Assembly: GCA_964632315.1 (NCBI GenBank)
Contig: CAZWEM010000002.1
Location: 1-64,000 of the forward strand
From: an uncultured archaeon
GTDB taxonomy: Archaea; Asgardarchaeota; Lokiarchaeia; Sigyniarchaeales; SOKP01
Reading direction: 5' to 3'
DNA length: 64,000 nucleotides
This document shows, one piece after another, positions 10,416-21,095 of the stretch. Below the pieces are notes generated by a model, which did not search any database, was not told the origin of the DNA, and worked only from the letters and a program-made list of their open reading frames with translations. Made by a program: the position numbers and the translations under genes. How positions within the stretch are numbered: position 1 is the first letter of the stretch; each line of letters begins with the position of its first letter.

Positions 10416-12494
10416 GTGTTGATTCTAAATATGGAGTATCGGGATGATGATTCATTTGATTTGAAAGATCTTGAGAATGAAGCGAATGAGAAGGAAAGAC
10501 TTGAGCAAGAAAAAATAGAAAGAGAGCGACTTGAGAGGGAAAGGCTCGAGCAAGAGAGATTAGAAAGAGAAAGAATTGAAAGAGAACGACTTGAAAGAGA
10601 ACGGCTTGAAAAAGAGCGATTTGAACAATTAAAAATGGAGAGCAAAGTATATCCGAATTACTCGCTTTTCATGATCCCGAGTTGGAGTGATTTGTTAGGT
10701 TATCCCACCTTAGGTACATATGTTAATCATCCTGTTTCAAGGATAGAGGCAGATCCCGTGATATTTTTTAGTAGTTATGATTATTCAATTGAGACTCCTA
10801 AGGGAACACTTCATTACTTGTTTGGATTGGGTTATCACTTCCTTAAGTTCGAATTAGAATCGGGCAAATACGTGACTGATAATCGGATTCTCACTGGTTT
10901 AGTGTTGTCCGATTTTGCATATGATCTAATGGCTACTTCCACCAATATCACTTTAGAGGAGGATCGTGAAGTAGTTATAGCAGAAAAAGCAGTTAAAGTC
11001 CCCGTTGATCTATCAAATAAATCAGAAGATCACTTAACTTTTATTAAGGGAGCGTTAATGCGAAACGTATTCATTCCCCATAAAGCCATATTTTTAGAGA
11101 TGATGGATCGAATTTCTAATGATGATTCATATGATGTTTCCACTGATGGTCATAAGATCTTAAGTGCGCATAAGGAGTTTTTTAACAAAATATTAGTATC
11201 AGAAAAAATGACCTCCTCATCTTCGTTTCTGAATCCGACCGCAGGAATAGAAGGGATACAGGTTAATGCAGATAATCTTTTAGGAGAAACGATATCCTCC
11301 ATAAATCTTGAAATAATTGCGGAAAGTATAAATGTCCTTAAACAAGTTTATTCTAATCTTGAGTTTGATCCGATGTCCCTCTTTTCTATTTTAGAAAAAG
11401 CAGCTCCATTGTTAAGTTCGGTTGCCTCACGGACTAGTTCAGAGCAAATGACCACGCAATCTAAAGGAACGATTAAAAATTCGATTTTTGTATCAGCTGA
11501 AGATCGTTTATATGAGTTTAGCAATTGGCCAGTAGAATTTGTCAGAAAGGCAAAAATTGAACCTAAACCATTACCAAAACTCGTTGAAGAACCCTCAGTC
11601 ATTACTGATACATTGGATCAAGTTGATATTAAAAGTCCTGAATTTAATACCGTAGTAGCGAGGGAAATGGAACCAGAAGCATTTGAGCTAGATAAATTAA
11701 AATCTGAAACTGTTGAATTTAAACCATTACCACCTCCACCAGAAGCAGATATTAAGAAAATTCTCCTTTATTTAAAGAAAGTGATCGAGGAAGATTATGA
11801 GATGCGATCTATCGGCCAAGCCTTTGAACTTGCAAGGGAAGTCGCTAGGCAAATGGGTGTGAGCGCCACCACGTTTCATCAGGCAAAAATTTGGGAAATG
11901 AGCAAATATGCCAACATTTATATCAAGAAAGAATCTGGTTTAGGATTACCAATAAAAGAAAAAGGGGATTTAATTCGGAAAGTGAATGAATGGCAATTTG
12001 AAATCGAGGAACGGGAACGATTGGAAAGAGAGCGATTAGAGCAAGAGAGATTAGAGAAAGAAAGAATAGAAAGATTAGAACGGGAAAGAATTGAAAGAGA
12101 ACGTTTGGATAGGGAAAGGAAAGAGAGAGAACGCCTGGAACAAATTCGCCTAGAAAAGGAGAGATTGGCTCAGGAACAATTAGAAAAAGAACGTTTAGCG
12201 AAAATTGAGAAAGAAAAACAAGAAACACTAAGATTAGAACGAGAGAGATTGGCAGAGATTGAGAGAAAAAAACAGGAAGAACTAAGGATAGAGAGAGAAC
12301 ATTTAGAGAAAGAAAAAGCGGAGTTAGAAGCAATTGAAAGAGAAAAGCTAGAACTTAAAAGATTAAAGAAGGAAAGAAAACAAAAAGAAAAAGAAGCCAA
12401 AAAAGAAGCTAAAAGATTAAAAAAATTGGAAAAACAAAAAAAAAAGCTTGAAAAAAAGAAACTAAAAGAGCAAGAAAAACTTAAGAAGCTTTAA
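10416..12494 (+). CDS. Protein with N- and C-terminal E/R/K-rich pentad repeats around a globular core
   Basis: (ERERL/EQERL/EKERI)n arrays, PLPPPPE linker, Lys-rich tail; likely start ATG 10431. Confidence 0.8.
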   Translation: MLILNMEYRDDDSFDLKDLENEANEKERLEQEKIERERLERERLEQERLERERIERERLERERLEKERFEQLKMESKVYPNYSLFMIPSWSDLLGYPTLGTYVNHPVSRIEADPVIFFSSYDYSIETPKGTLHYLFGLGYHFLKFELESGKYVTDNRILTGLVLSDFAYDLMATSTNITLEEDREVVIAEKAVKVPVDLSNKSEDHLTFIKGALMRNVFIPHKAIFLEMMDRISNDDSYDVSTDGHKILSAHKEFFNKILVSEKMTSSSSFLNPTAGIEGIQVNADNLLGETISSINLEIIAESINVLKQVYSNLEFDPMSLFSILEKAAPLLSSVASRTSSEQMTTQSKGTIKNSIFVSAEDRLYEFSNWPVEFVRKAKIEPKPLPKLVEEPSVITDTLDQVDIKSPEFNTVVAREMEPEAFELDKLKSETVEFKPLPPPPEADIKKILLYLKKVIEEDYEMRSIGQAFELAREVARQMGVSATTFHQAKIWEMSKYANIYIKKESGLGLPIKEKGDLIRKVNEWQFEIEERERLERERLEQERLEKERIERLERERIERERLDRERKERERLEQIRLEKERLAQEQLEKERLAKIEKEKQETLRLERERLAEIERKKQEELRIEREHLEKEKAELEAIEREKLELKRLKKERKQKEKEAKKEAKRLKKLEKQKKKLEKKKLKEQEKLKKL
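10490..10625 (+). repeat. Degenerate 15-bp coding tandem repeat (ERERL), N-terminal array
   Basis: Units such as GAAAGAGAACGACTT / GAAAGAGAACGGCTT; boundaries approximate. Confidence 0.8.
12006..12260 (+). repeat. Degenerate 15-bp coding tandem repeat (ERERL), C-terminal array
   Basis: Same peptide repeat with different synonymous codons; boundaries approximate. Confidence 0.75.
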
Positions 12495-12823
12495 TTATTA
12501 CATTTTTGGACTTATTCCTACTTATATTTCAAATTATTGATTGATATGTTAAAGATAGACGGACAAACTATGCTAAAAGACGAAATTCAACCACTTAATC
12601 GAACTTGGATTCAATGAATTTATATAGCATCAGAGCGATACTAATCATTACTTTGATCTTCATAATTCTTATTTAATTAACAGAAATATCAGATCTGTCG
12701 CTATATCTTTTGCAATAAAGCTGCAAGTTGTCTATCATTTTATTTTATAGAGAGCAATTTTTTATATTTAAATTTGCATGGTTCCCTATAACTAGTTTAA
12801 AAAATTATTAAAAGGAGTGAAAA

Positions 12824-13402
12824 ATGTCAGGAAAATCAATAATAGGAGCAATGATTGGTAGTATACTTATAACCTTAGGAATAATTTGGGGTTTAGGTTT
12901 TATTGGCTTTTTCCCAGGAGTAGATACAAAAAATACTTTAATCCAAACAAGATATGGAGAATGGAACTCTCCTGCATTCATATTTGATAATCAGCTTTCA
13001 TATATTAAAATGACAGATACAGAATTAAATGTTACCACAAGTGGTAATTCAAGATTACTCGTGAGCTTTTCAGCAATGTCAATCATGACCTTAGATGCTG
13101 CGTTTACATTTAGAGCGGGATATAATGTTTCATTGCTCGTAGAAAAAGCAGGAAACAGGACCATACAAGTGGATTATTATGATGGTGGAGCGGCTTACGG
13201 GTCGATTAGACAAATTTCAATGGATCTTTACATTAATTACTTAACTCCAAAATTACCAACTGGTACTTATACAGTTAATGTATTCTGGAAATCAGGATTT
13301 GATGCAACGGGATCAACAAATTCTTTAAGTGTCGCTCATATGGGAGGAGCATCAGACTATAACTTTACAAGAACTCTCTTGGTACAAGAATTAAGGGTTT
13401 AA
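12824..13402 (+). CDS. Membrane-anchored or secreted protein, probable paralog of 1801..2316
   Basis: AGGAG RBS; Gly-rich TM; LNVT..LLVSFS..GTYTVNV..TLLVQ pattern. Confidence 0.75.
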   Translation: MSGKSIIGAMIGSILITLGIIWGLGFIGFFPGVDTKNTLIQTRYGEWNSPAFIFDNQLSYIKMTDTELNVTTSGNSRLLVSFSAMSIMTLDAAFTFRAGYNVSLLVEKAGNRTIQVDYYDGGAAYGSIRQISMDLYINYLTPKLPTGTYTVNVFWKSGFDATGSTNSLSVAHMGGASDYNFTRTLLVQELRV

Positions 13403-13466
13403 AATATAAAATTTTTAATTTAATTTTTTTTAGTCTTCTAATTTCTTATGGTTTAAAGAAATAAAT

Positions 13467-14279
13467 TTAATTTTCATTTTCACTGACTTCCATATAAGAT
13501 CTAGCGATTTGGGTGACTTTTTTCAGTGATACAAGTCGAGTGATAAATGCTTGGAATTTATTGATGAAACCTGGAATCACTACTCTTTTTCCTTTCAGCA
13601 AGCCTTTATATCCAATTTTAGCGACTTTTTCTGCGGACATGACATTTCCCTCCATTATTTTAATATCTTCCATGTCCGCAACTTCATGAAATTCAGTTTT
13701 TGTGGCTCCTGGACAGAGGCAAGTGACGGAAACTCCTGTATCTTTAAGTTCTTCTCCAATAGCAAGCGACATGCTCAAAACGTATGCTTTTGTAGCGCAA
13801 TAAAGAGCATTGAGGGGGGCAGCAACGATAGATGCAATGGATCCCATGTTTAATATCTTTCCAGATCCTCGTTCGATCATTTCTGGTAAGAATAATTTAG
13901 TAAGATGAGCTAGTGCTATACAATTAACTTTAATCATGCTAACTTCTTTCTCAAAGTTAGTTTCATAGAAGTTTCCATATACAGCAAACCCTGCATCATT
14001 AATTAAAACATCCACACTAATACCTGCTTGTTTTACGTTATTATATATTTCTTTTGATGAATTTAATTGGGAGAGGTCTTTCGGGATAATCATAGATTTC
14101 GTTCCCTACTCTCTATTTAAGGAATCTGCCAATTCTCTTAATCGGTCTTCGGGAAGTGCTATGATAATTGAATCATAGCCATCTTTGGCAAATAGTTTAG
14201 CGAATTCTCTACCAATACCACTTGATGCTCCTGTAATTAAAGCGGTTTTAACTTCATCTTTTAATATGATTTTAGCCAT
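13467..14279 (-). pseudogene. Short-chain dehydrogenase/reductase interrupted by one in-frame TAG (14106-14108)
   Basis: TGASSGIG half and INDAG...YCATK half are in the same frame: LNRE*GTKSMIIPKDLS. Confidence 0.75.
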
Positions 14280-14451
14280 TTTTTCACCAAAATTATTCAA
14301 TACTCCAAATTAGATTGGTTCTTATAAAAGCTTAAGGCTTAAAATATCTTTAAAAAAAAAAGCCTTTATGTCATAGCTGATTAATAAGAAACATTTATAG
14401 GAAACCTAGCCTATATTAATACTATCTTAAATTAAATCAAAACAAACAATA

Positions 14452-15039
14452 ATGGATATTTCTCAAGATACTGAAAATAAAGCAAAGATTCAAGAACCAA
14501 ATATTAAAGTTGGTCTTACTCATTATTATTGCGGAGATGGTAAGGGAAAGACGACTACCCTACTTGGATTAATTGTAAGGGCATTAGGACACGGTCTTAG
14601 ACCCATTCTAATACAGTTTCTCAAGCGTCATAAGGGGTATGATGGGAATTTTTTTATGGGAGAAGTTAACTTTCTTGAAAATTTTATTGAAATCAAACAA
14701 TTTGGAAGTGGTCGCTTTTTAGTCAATTCGAACCTCAATGATCCTGATGAAATTGAAACTGCTCAAAAAGGTTTTGATTATGCCTTTCAAGCAATTAAGT
14801 CCAAGGATTATGATATGGTTGCGCTAGATGAGGTGGTAACTGCTGTATCACTAAATTTAATCCAATTAGATGATCTGGTAGATTTAATTCAGAACAAGCC
14901 TACCAATCTCGAATTAATAATCACGGGAATGATGTATTATAAAAAATTGAAACAGGTTTCCGATTACGTCATTTCTTTCAATTCCATTTCCCATCCTTAT
15001 AATAGGGGGATTATGGCAAGAAAGGGGATAGATTATTAA
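14452..15039 (+). CDS. cobO: Cob(I)alamin adenosyltransferase, CobO/BtuR type
   Basis: GDGKGKTT, IQFLK, LDE, ELIITG, HPY..GI.ARKGIDY. Confidence 0.92.
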   Translation: MDISQDTENKAKIQEPNIKVGLTHYYCGDGKGKTTTLLGLIVRALGHGLRPILIQFLKRHKGYDGNFFMGEVNFLENFIEIKQFGSGRFLVNSNLNDPDEIETAQKGFDYAFQAIKSKDYDMVALDEVVTAVSLNLIQLDDLVDLIQNKPTNLELIITGMMYYKKLKQVSDYVISFNSISHPYNRGIMARKGIDY

Positions 15040-15163
15040 TATTGAAATTACTTTAGGATTGGCAGAGAAAGTAGCAGTTTTGATCTAATAAATCAAACTG
15101 TAAAATCGCCTAATTATGTCATGTAATTTTACTTTTTAGAGATTGATTCTTTATACGAACAAA

Positions 15164-16339
15164 TCATTGCAAACGATTAACTTTTCCACTTTTAACGATA
15201 TATCGGTCTTTCAATATATTAGGATTTTCGCTTATTGTTTTTATTACCTGTCGTTGGAGATTTTTTGCATTTTCAAGTATTTTAAATGAAGGAGACTCCC
15301 CTATTGCCATTTGAGCTAATTCAGTGACATAAAATGACTTGATATCCTTTTCAGTAGCATATTTAGATAATGTTGTGAGGCAGCCAGTACAAATATGAGA
15401 AACAATCTCTGCACCTACGCTCTCTGCTTCTAAAATCCTCTTTTTAGCGATAGTTGCTGCCAGAGATTGATTTCCTATAGAAAGAGGGGCTCCACAACAT
15501 AGGGAGTGCTCTTTATTGTGTTTCATCTCCACAACTTCTGCTCCTATAATTTCAAGAAATTCACGTGGTCCATTGTATATTTTTCTATCTAAATTTCTCC
15601 AAGGACAAGGGTCTTGAAACGTAATTCTTTCATGAATTTTATTTTTAATGTTTAATTTACCCTCATGGTATTGTTCTATCAAATAATCAATGATAGTTTG
15701 TCCTTCTACAGAAAAATTATCTATAATTGAAGGATACACTCCTCGAATCATCGCATCACAACCAGGACAAAAAGTGATTAGCTTTTCTACTCCAAGATTC
15801 TTAAACTTTTCATTAAGCGTCAATCCATATATTCGGGATTCATCGTCACCGAAACAAGAGTGTACAAAACCGCCACAACAGTACTTCATTCCGCCTAAAA
15901 TTGGAAGATCTTTGAGTAAAGTCGTTTTGGCAAGATCCGGAAAGCAGTAGGGAATAGCACATCCTACATAGTACATCATCTCGCTTTTCGGAGGTTGTTC
16001 ATATTTGAGTAAATCTACTTTTTTTTCTTCCCTATCAATTTCTAAACCAATGTCCATTAAATTATGGGACATTTCTTCCATGATTATTGAAGTACATCTA
16101 ACACCATTCTCACTATAATTCTTTAACCGTATTTCTCTTATGAGATCATATGGATTAGATCCTGTTGGGCAGATTATATTACAATATGAACAGCTAGCAC
16201 AGTTTTTTAGAATTTTTCGTGAGTCTCGTGTCTCGATCATTTTATCAATTTCCTTCTTAGCTCTCTCATCTGATAAATGCAAAAATGGACATTCTTCTAG
16301 ACACGTACCACACCGCTGACAAGTTTGTTCGTTAAACAA
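15164..16339 (-). CDS. Fe-S oxidoreductase with ferredoxin and two CCG domains (HdrD/GlcF-like)
   Basis: CQRCGTCLEECP, CASCSYCNIICP, YCCGG, QDPC, LCCGA, CTGC. Confidence 0.85.
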   Translation of the reverse strand: MFNEQTCQRCGTCLEECPFLHLSDERAKKEIDKMIETRDSRKILKNCASCSYCNIICPTGSNPYDLIREIRLKNYSENGVRCTSIIMEEMSHNLMDIGLEIDREEKKVDLLKYEQPPKSEMMYYVGCAIPYCFPDLAKTTLLKDLPILGGMKYCCGGFVHSCFGDDESRIYGLTLNEKFKNLGVEKLITFCPGCDAMIRGVYPSIIDNFSVEGQTIIDYLIEQYHEGKLNIKNKIHERITFQDPCPWRNLDRKIYNGPREFLEIIGAEVVEMKHNKEHSLCCGAPLSIGNQSLAATIAKKRILEAESVGAEIVSHICTGCLTTLSKYATEKDIKSFYVTELAQMAIGESPSFKILENAKNLQRQVIKTISENPNILKDRYIVKSGKVNRLQ

Positions 16340-16490
16340 GTTAATTAACTTCCATAGTTTTGAGTTGATTTTTATGAATAATATTAATATTGTAGACTAA
16401 TTATATTAAATTTAATGGTGGAACTTTATCCTCAAATGAAGAAAGAAAAATAAAGCTTTAATTAGGGAAAAAAAGGGAAAATTAGCAAAT

Positions 16491-17438
16491 TCAAAGGGTA
16501 ATTACTACATTTCCAGTTTTATTACCTTTTTCAACATATTGATGTGCTTCAGTGATTTGACTTAAAGAATATCTTTTATCAATTATTGGTTTTAATTTAT
16601 TCCTTTCAATAAGATCTTTTATAAAAAGCAAATTTTCAGCAGTTTCCCGTGCTAAGCCTTTTTTAGTTGATACAAATTTTCCGTCAGGTGTTAATGCTTT
16701 TTTACACTTTGATAACGTGGTTTTTCCAGCCACATCAAATATGAGATCATACTTTAATCCACTTTCAGTAAAATCCTCTTTTGTATAATCTATCACGTTA
16801 TCCGCTTCTAAGGATTCGACTAACTCAAGGTTACTTGTACTACACACCCCCGTTACGTCTGCCCCAAAATACTTTGCAAGCTGAACTGCAAAAATACCAA
16901 CTGATCCAGAAGCTCCATTGATGAGGACTTTTTGTCCAGCCTGGATGATTCCTTTACGAAGGAAAAAGAGGGCTGTATTTGCTCCAAATGGAATTGATGC
17001 AGCTTCTTCAAATGTTACATTATCTGGCATCACTGCAACAGCTTCATCTTCAGCCATAGTTATATATTCAGCATTGGCTCCAAATTTCATTCCAGTAGAA
17101 GCAAAGACCTTGTCACCGATGCTAAATCGTGAAGCTTTCTCACTTATTGCCTCGATTTCTCCGGCGAGTTCAGACCCTAATATTAACTTGTCTGGTCTTT
17201 TAACACCATACATAATCCGCATGATTAGCCAAAATAGAGTTTGATTCTTGAAACTTCGAAGAGAAACATCTCCCGAGGTAACTGTGGTTGCATGTACTTT
17301 AATTAATATTTCATTTTCCTTTGGAATGGGCTTTTCTATTTCTCGTATTTCAATAAAGTCCGGAGATCTAGATTTAGCATATACTACTGCTTTCATGTAC
17401 TTTTTTTTATAATCAGTTTCAGGTCTTTCTTTCTTCAT
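16491..17438 (-). CDS. NAD(P)-dependent MDR family oxidoreductase (quinone reductase-like)
   Basis: GSELAGEIE, INGASGSVGIFAVQLAK, IDYTKEDF; no catalytic Zn GHE motif. Confidence 0.9.
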   Translation of the reverse strand: MKKERPETDYKKKYMKAVVYAKSRSPDFIEIREIEKPIPKENEILIKVHATTVTSGDVSLRSFKNQTLFWLIMRIMYGVKRPDKLILGSELAGEIEAISEKASRFSIGDKVFASTGMKFGANAEYITMAEDEAVAVMPDNVTFEEAASIPFGANTALFFLRKGIIQAGQKVLINGASGSVGIFAVQLAKYFGADVTGVCSTSNLELVESLEADNVIDYTKEDFTESGLKYDLIFDVAGKTTLSKCKKALTPDGKFVSTKKGLARETAENLLFIKDLIERNKLKPIIDKRYSLSQITEAHQYVEKGNKTGNVVITL

Positions 17439-17559
17439 AATTTCAGTAATTTCATATCACCTTTATCAAATTCGATTTATTTAAAATTAAATAGTGGCTT
17501 CAAACTACAAAAAAGCGCAGTAAGAAGCTTTTTAAAATTATTCTGCAGTGTTAAATAAA

Positions 17560-18060
17560 CTAGGTACTCGGTAAGGGTAATTCTAGAAAAAGTTTCTTAC
17601 CTTTCTTTGTATATTCTACAACTCCTAACTGTTTCAGAAAATTTAATGAATCGTCTACTTCTCGTCCCTCTACAAGTTTACCATCTACCACGCGCCAAAT
17701 GAATACCATCTCCATTTTTACCTTCTTACCAGTAGGAGGGAGAGGCACTCCAAAAAGATTCCATTCACCCGTATGAGTACCCGTAGCAACAACGCGAACC
17801 CACACATTCTCACCTTCAGCAATCATTTCTTCTATGTTTTCATACCAATCTGGAAAACCGTTGAAAGCGAGGGTAAACAATCTCTTGAAATTTTCTCTTC
17901 CTTCTTGTTGATGGGTATGATCAATATAATCAGGCACCACTAATTCCTCGAAAATATCTAGATTTCTACTATTATAGGCATCAATAAATTTACGTACGGT
18001 CGCTTTATTCTTCTCCGATAAATCTCCAAATTCTTGTTCTGTACTTTTCGATTTAATCAT
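17560..18060 (-). CDS. SnoaL-like/ester cyclase family protein
   Basis: NKATVRKF, FPD..IEEMIAEGE.V, GTHTG...PPTGK. Confidence 0.9.
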   Translation of the reverse strand: MIKSKSTEQEFGDLSEKNKATVRKFIDAYNSRNLDIFEELVVPDYIDHTHQQEGRENFKRLFTLAFNGFPDWYENIEEMIAEGENVWVRVVATGTHTGEWNLFGVPLPPTGKKVKMEMVFIWRVVDGKLVEGREVDDSLNFLKQLGVVEYTKKGKKLFLELPLPST

Positions 18061-18310
18061 TTTTAATCACATAATTTAAATTTTTTTAGACTTGGATCTA
18101 AAAAAAATTGCTGATTTAAGGGTTCTTACTTGGAGCTATTAAAGAGAAGGTGAATTCCCTTTTATTATAAAAACAGATGGCAGTTTTATTTTTAATTTAT
18201 AAATTTGAGTAAATGAATCATTATTTTATTCATTTAGATTCAAATTTAGGTAATTTCTGTGATTTTTAAAATAAATTAGAAGATAGGAATAATGTTATAA
18301 AAATAAGAGA

Positions 18311-19768
18311 TTAGATAGAGTGATCTGAGTTGTATGCTTCATTTTTAATGATTTTCGTTCTTTTACGCAATTTTTGAACAAAATAAAATTTTGCGATGTT
18401 ATAACAACAAAACACGGAAATCGCCACGATTAGAATTGCTAACAGTAAGTTATCAAAAAAAACATAGACCCCACCAAAAGGATCTGATAAATAGGGAAAG
18501 AGGGCGTATAAATAGACTAATAAAAAGATTAATTGAGCAAGTGATATCCAAAAAAGAATTATCGCATAACTTTTAATTTTGACATGCAACCCCATCCATA
18601 TTTCATCAATCTCTAACTCAATTTCTTTTAACCCTCTTTCCAAGCGTTGCCTGCCAATAAGGCAATAAAAGATTATGAAAAATGGGATGCTAAATAATAA
18701 TAAGTTAAAGAATATAGAAATTAGGGAAATGAAGGTGGTTTCAACGTAGGCTTGAGGACCCATTATGAAATATAAGAATTGAGCAAAGAAAAAATAATTA
18801 GGATAGACATCCTTAAATATCACTAGATTTGTTGTGAAGCCAATGAAGACGATAACAAATACAAAAATAAATCCTAAAAGCACAACTAAACTGATTTTTG
18901 ATGATTTTGTCTTCTTCCCCGTAACTGCAGCTGGTTCGGTGCTTGAAATAGAGATTTGTTTATAATGAGGCTTAAATGTTTTTCTTAAAAATGAAAAACT
19001 CGCAAGATTTGTGCTAATAAGTAAGACAAGAAGAATAGTAATCAAGTCATCTAGACTCATAGAGACATAGAGAAGTGTCAATAATTTAAAAATCATGAGT
19101 ATTACGAACATTAGTGAAACAATAAAGGTTATCACGGTTGACGTTGGATGATGCCATTCTAATTCTACCCGAGATCTCTTACTACTTATTTTGGTTGTTA
19201 CAATGGAGTAGAGAAAAATAATAAAAATAGTAAGATGCATCCATGCGAAAAATGCTCTTTGGATATTTCTATTCGAGTCTGGAAAAAGGGCGCTGAAAAA
19301 TATTGAATAAGGAAAGACTTCTAAACCGCGAATAAAGGAGGATGAAATCCAAATGATACCAATTAGTGAAAGCAAGAAGATCAGAATTGATTGGAAATGA
19401 TTTAATTTGAATCCAAACCAGTGAGTCATTTGATCTTGAGAGGAAGGGTGTTTGAAGATTGACTTATTTTTATTCTTTATTATTTTCAGTATCGTATAGA
19501 GACATAATATAAAAAAACTAAGATACATCATAATGGTAACTATTGAACTTTTAAGATCATCAACCAAATAATAAATGGTATACCATGCGGGATGAGCAAT
19601 ATGAGCAGGAATTGAATAAAAAAGCGCATCTAATAGCTCATTTATGCCTACTAACAAACCAAAAGGGATATTTAATAATCCAATAAACGCTAACACGAGT
19701 AATAAAGCAGATTGCAAATGGTTTAACTCAAAACCAAACCAAGTAGCTTTAATTTCCATTTGATTCAC
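18311..19768 (-). CDS. Polytopic membrane protein with WFGFxLNHxQ repeats
   Basis: TWFGFELNHLQS and HWFGFKLNHFQS; paralog of 2893..4272. Confidence 0.75.
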   Translation of the reverse strand: MNQMEIKATWFGFELNHLQSALLLVLAFIGLLNIPFGLLVGINELLDALFYSIPAHIAHPAWYTIYYLVDDLKSSIVTIMMYLSFFILCLYTILKIIKNKNKSIFKHPSSQDQMTHWFGFKLNHFQSILIFLLSLIGIIWISSSFIRGLEVFPYSIFFSALFPDSNRNIQRAFFAWMHLTIFIIFLYSIVTTKISSKRSRVELEWHHPTSTVITFIVSLMFVILMIFKLLTLLYVSMSLDDLITILLVLLISTNLASFSFLRKTFKPHYKQISISSTEPAAVTGKKTKSSKISLVVLLGFIFVFVIVFIGFTTNLVIFKDVYPNYFFFAQFLYFIMGPQAYVETTFISLISIFFNLLLFSIPFFIIFYCLIGRQRLERGLKEIELEIDEIWMGLHVKIKSYAIILFWISLAQLIFLLVYLYALFPYLSDPFGGVYVFFDNLLLAILIVAISVFCCYNIAKFYFVQKLRKRTKIIKNEAYNSDHSI

Positions 19769-20316
19769 ATTTTTGTCTTTAAGGTACTATAGGTTAATTA
19801 GTTTATATAAAGTTTTGCCTATTTGTGTTTATCCAGAAACTTGATTAGAGAAAAATTTGGTTTAAAGACCAATATTCAATATCAAGAAGCTAAATAACCA
19901 TTATTATTCTTAATATAGATATATAGATATACAATAAAAAGCTTTATACGATGGCTGTTTATTTACACGAGAATAAAATTAACTTCGACAATTATAAAAT
20001 ATGTATCAAAATTTAAGAGGGTCTCAGAAGTTATTTTTCATTCTTCCTCAAAATCTCGTGCTGTGATTAACTTACAAATGGAATTGCTAAGTTGAGAAAA
20101 TAATACATATCTTCAGTACAGGAGTATATTTCGGAACATTCTCTTCCTTGAAATTCTTTTTCTACATTCATCTTATTAACCTCATGTAATAATTGTAATT
20201 TATCCTTAAGCTGCATAATAAATATTTTTAAAGTTCGGGTAATATTTCATGAAAGAATAACCCAAGATGGATTTACAAGTAAAAGAAAGGCAAGGAAATT
20301 ACTTACAAAGAATTAG

Positions 20317-20934
20317 TTACGATTTTTCTTCTATAGCTTTTTTAATCGCACGATCAAAAACTTCATATGGTTGAGCACCAAAAATGAGTTTATTATCGAT
20401 AATAAAAGCAGGAACTCCATTTATTCCGTTAGCTCTTATTTCTCTCAGAGATTTTTGTAAAGCTTTACGGGATTCATCTGTTTCTAAAAATGATTCTATT
20501 TCCTTCTTATCCATTCCAATAGATTCTGCAAGATCTAGTAGTAATTTTCTATTTCCTATATCTCTTCCTTGTAACCAATAGGTGTCTAATACCAACTTGT
20601 GAAATTCGTCAAATTTTCCTTTTTTCCGAGCAAATTCCGATATAGAAAGGGCTAAATGGGAATTAGAAAGTTTATCAGAAAATTTAAGCGGTATTCCATC
20701 CTCATCCGCCAGACGTTTAACATTAGCGAATGCTCTTTCTAAATACCCTTCAGGAAAGGATAAATCATCTGTTAATGCTCCCTCTTTTGGTGTTTCGGGA
20801 TGGATTTCGAAAGGCCTCCATTCCACATCAAGATCATACTTTCTCTTGAGTTGCTCCATCCGATGATATCCAATGTAGCAAAATGGACAAATGTAATCAG
20901 AATAAGCAATAACTTTTAATTTGGCTTGAGTCAT
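20317..20934 (-). CDS. DsbA/FrnE-family oxidoreductase
   Basis: SDYICPFCYIG, WRPFEIHPE, GINGVP, GAQP. Confidence 0.92.
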   Translation of the reverse strand: MTQAKLKVIAYSDYICPFCYIGYHRMEQLKRKYDLDVEWRPFEIHPETPKEGALTDDLSFPEGYLERAFANVKRLADEDGIPLKFSDKLSNSHLALSISEFARKKGKFDEFHKLVLDTYWLQGRDIGNRKLLLDLAESIGMDKKEIESFLETDESRKALQKSLREIRANGINGVPAFIIDNKLIFGAQPYEVFDRAIKKAIEEKS

Positions 20935-21095
20935 TGGTAGGTTGAGGAAAAGTGCTTGGATTTAATACTTTTGTGCGAAAAAATATTAGGAAATTTGTCA
21001 TTTACTTTATTTTTCATAAAGTTTTAGAGGATTTCTTTTAAGTAGTAAAAAAGTAATTGAAATAGTTGCTCATGGTACGCTTTCCATTAATCTTA

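Noticed and set aside
10490-10625. Tandem repeats as a CRISPR array
   Set aside because: 15-bp degenerate coding units with no spacers and no cas genes
10394-12400. Antisense Ser/Leu-rich ORFs (10394..10645, 11923..12333, 12170..12400)
   Set aside because: Shadow ORFs of the GA-rich repeat coding strand
20038-20216. Short minus-strand ORF remnant (MQLKDKLQ...ECSEIYSC) with a possible frameshift
   Set aside because: About 49 codons, no recognisable family; cannot be supported
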